A stretch of 8,243 bases of DNA from Paraspadella gotoi. Taxonomy: Eukaryota > Animalia > Chaetognatha. A program made the position numbers and the translations under genes. Position 1 is the stretch's first letter, and each line of letters starts with the position of its first letter. The notes below the pieces were generated by a model that was given only the letters and a program-made list of their open reading frames with translations, was not told where the DNA came from and made no database searches. Shown piece after piece: positions 7,933-8,243 of this stretch. The stretch spans positions 1 to 8,243 of the forward strand of contig JBJCIZ010000056.1 of assembly GCA_051294375.1 (NCBI GenBank), written 5' to 3'.

Positions 7933-8118
7933 TGTGGACGAAACCACTTGACCTTAACAACCTGACCCCGCTCGGTTTCCCCAGTTTATATGTGGTCAAA
8001 TCGTTGACCTTTGTAAATACCATTGTAATAGACTTAGCATCTGAGCATTTTTACTGTTATTGTTTATAACCTTGTTGAAGAATAAATCATTCTTGATCTG
8101 AAACTTGTGTGGTCCATA
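7933..8118 (+). mobile_element. putative 3' LTR (~186 bp) of the gypsy element
   Basis: Begins TGTGGAC right after the PPT; ends GTCCATA (inverted repeat, one mismatch); AATAAA at 8081-8086. No 5' LTR in the window to confirm the right boundary. Confidence 0.65.
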
Positions 8119-8243
8119 ATAGATTATTTTAACGCTGAATACATTAGCATTTAAATTTCATCGGCTATGGCTAACCTTATGGTCATAAGCTGATGGTATT
8201 ACTCAATAAGGGGTGAACTTAGGCAAAATTTTTTTCTTAAATA

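Noticed and set aside
6356-8118. Ginger/Polinton-type DNA transposon with a gypsy-like integrase
   Set aside because: A PPT and LTR-like segment follow the integrase, and a pol linker precedes it, indicating an LTR retrotransposon remnant.

Overview
AT-rich eukaryotic (probably invertebrate) repeat-dense DNA with no supportable host gene; essentially all of it is nested mobile DNA. A 25-N gap (3196-3220) separates two versions of the same composite locus: Tc1-derived MITE + N-terminal stub of a second Tc1/mariner-type transposase + Ty3/gypsy integrase region. The copy right of the gap is indel-rich (long-read-like), continues through the whole integrase, a polypurine tract and a short 3' LTR, and carries a ~2.16 kb Helentron/DINE-1-like non-autonomous element (3890-6050) inserted in a T-run that is empty in the left copy. 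A second, smaller Helentron-like element (1377-1741, minus strand) splits a ~100-bp repeat unit. There are also tRNA-derived fragments, micro- and minisatellites. The duplication may be two haplotypes joined by gap filling. I found no convincing new biological system; the best leads are the Helentron-like families with internal empty-site evidence and a possible transposase-integrase fusion.
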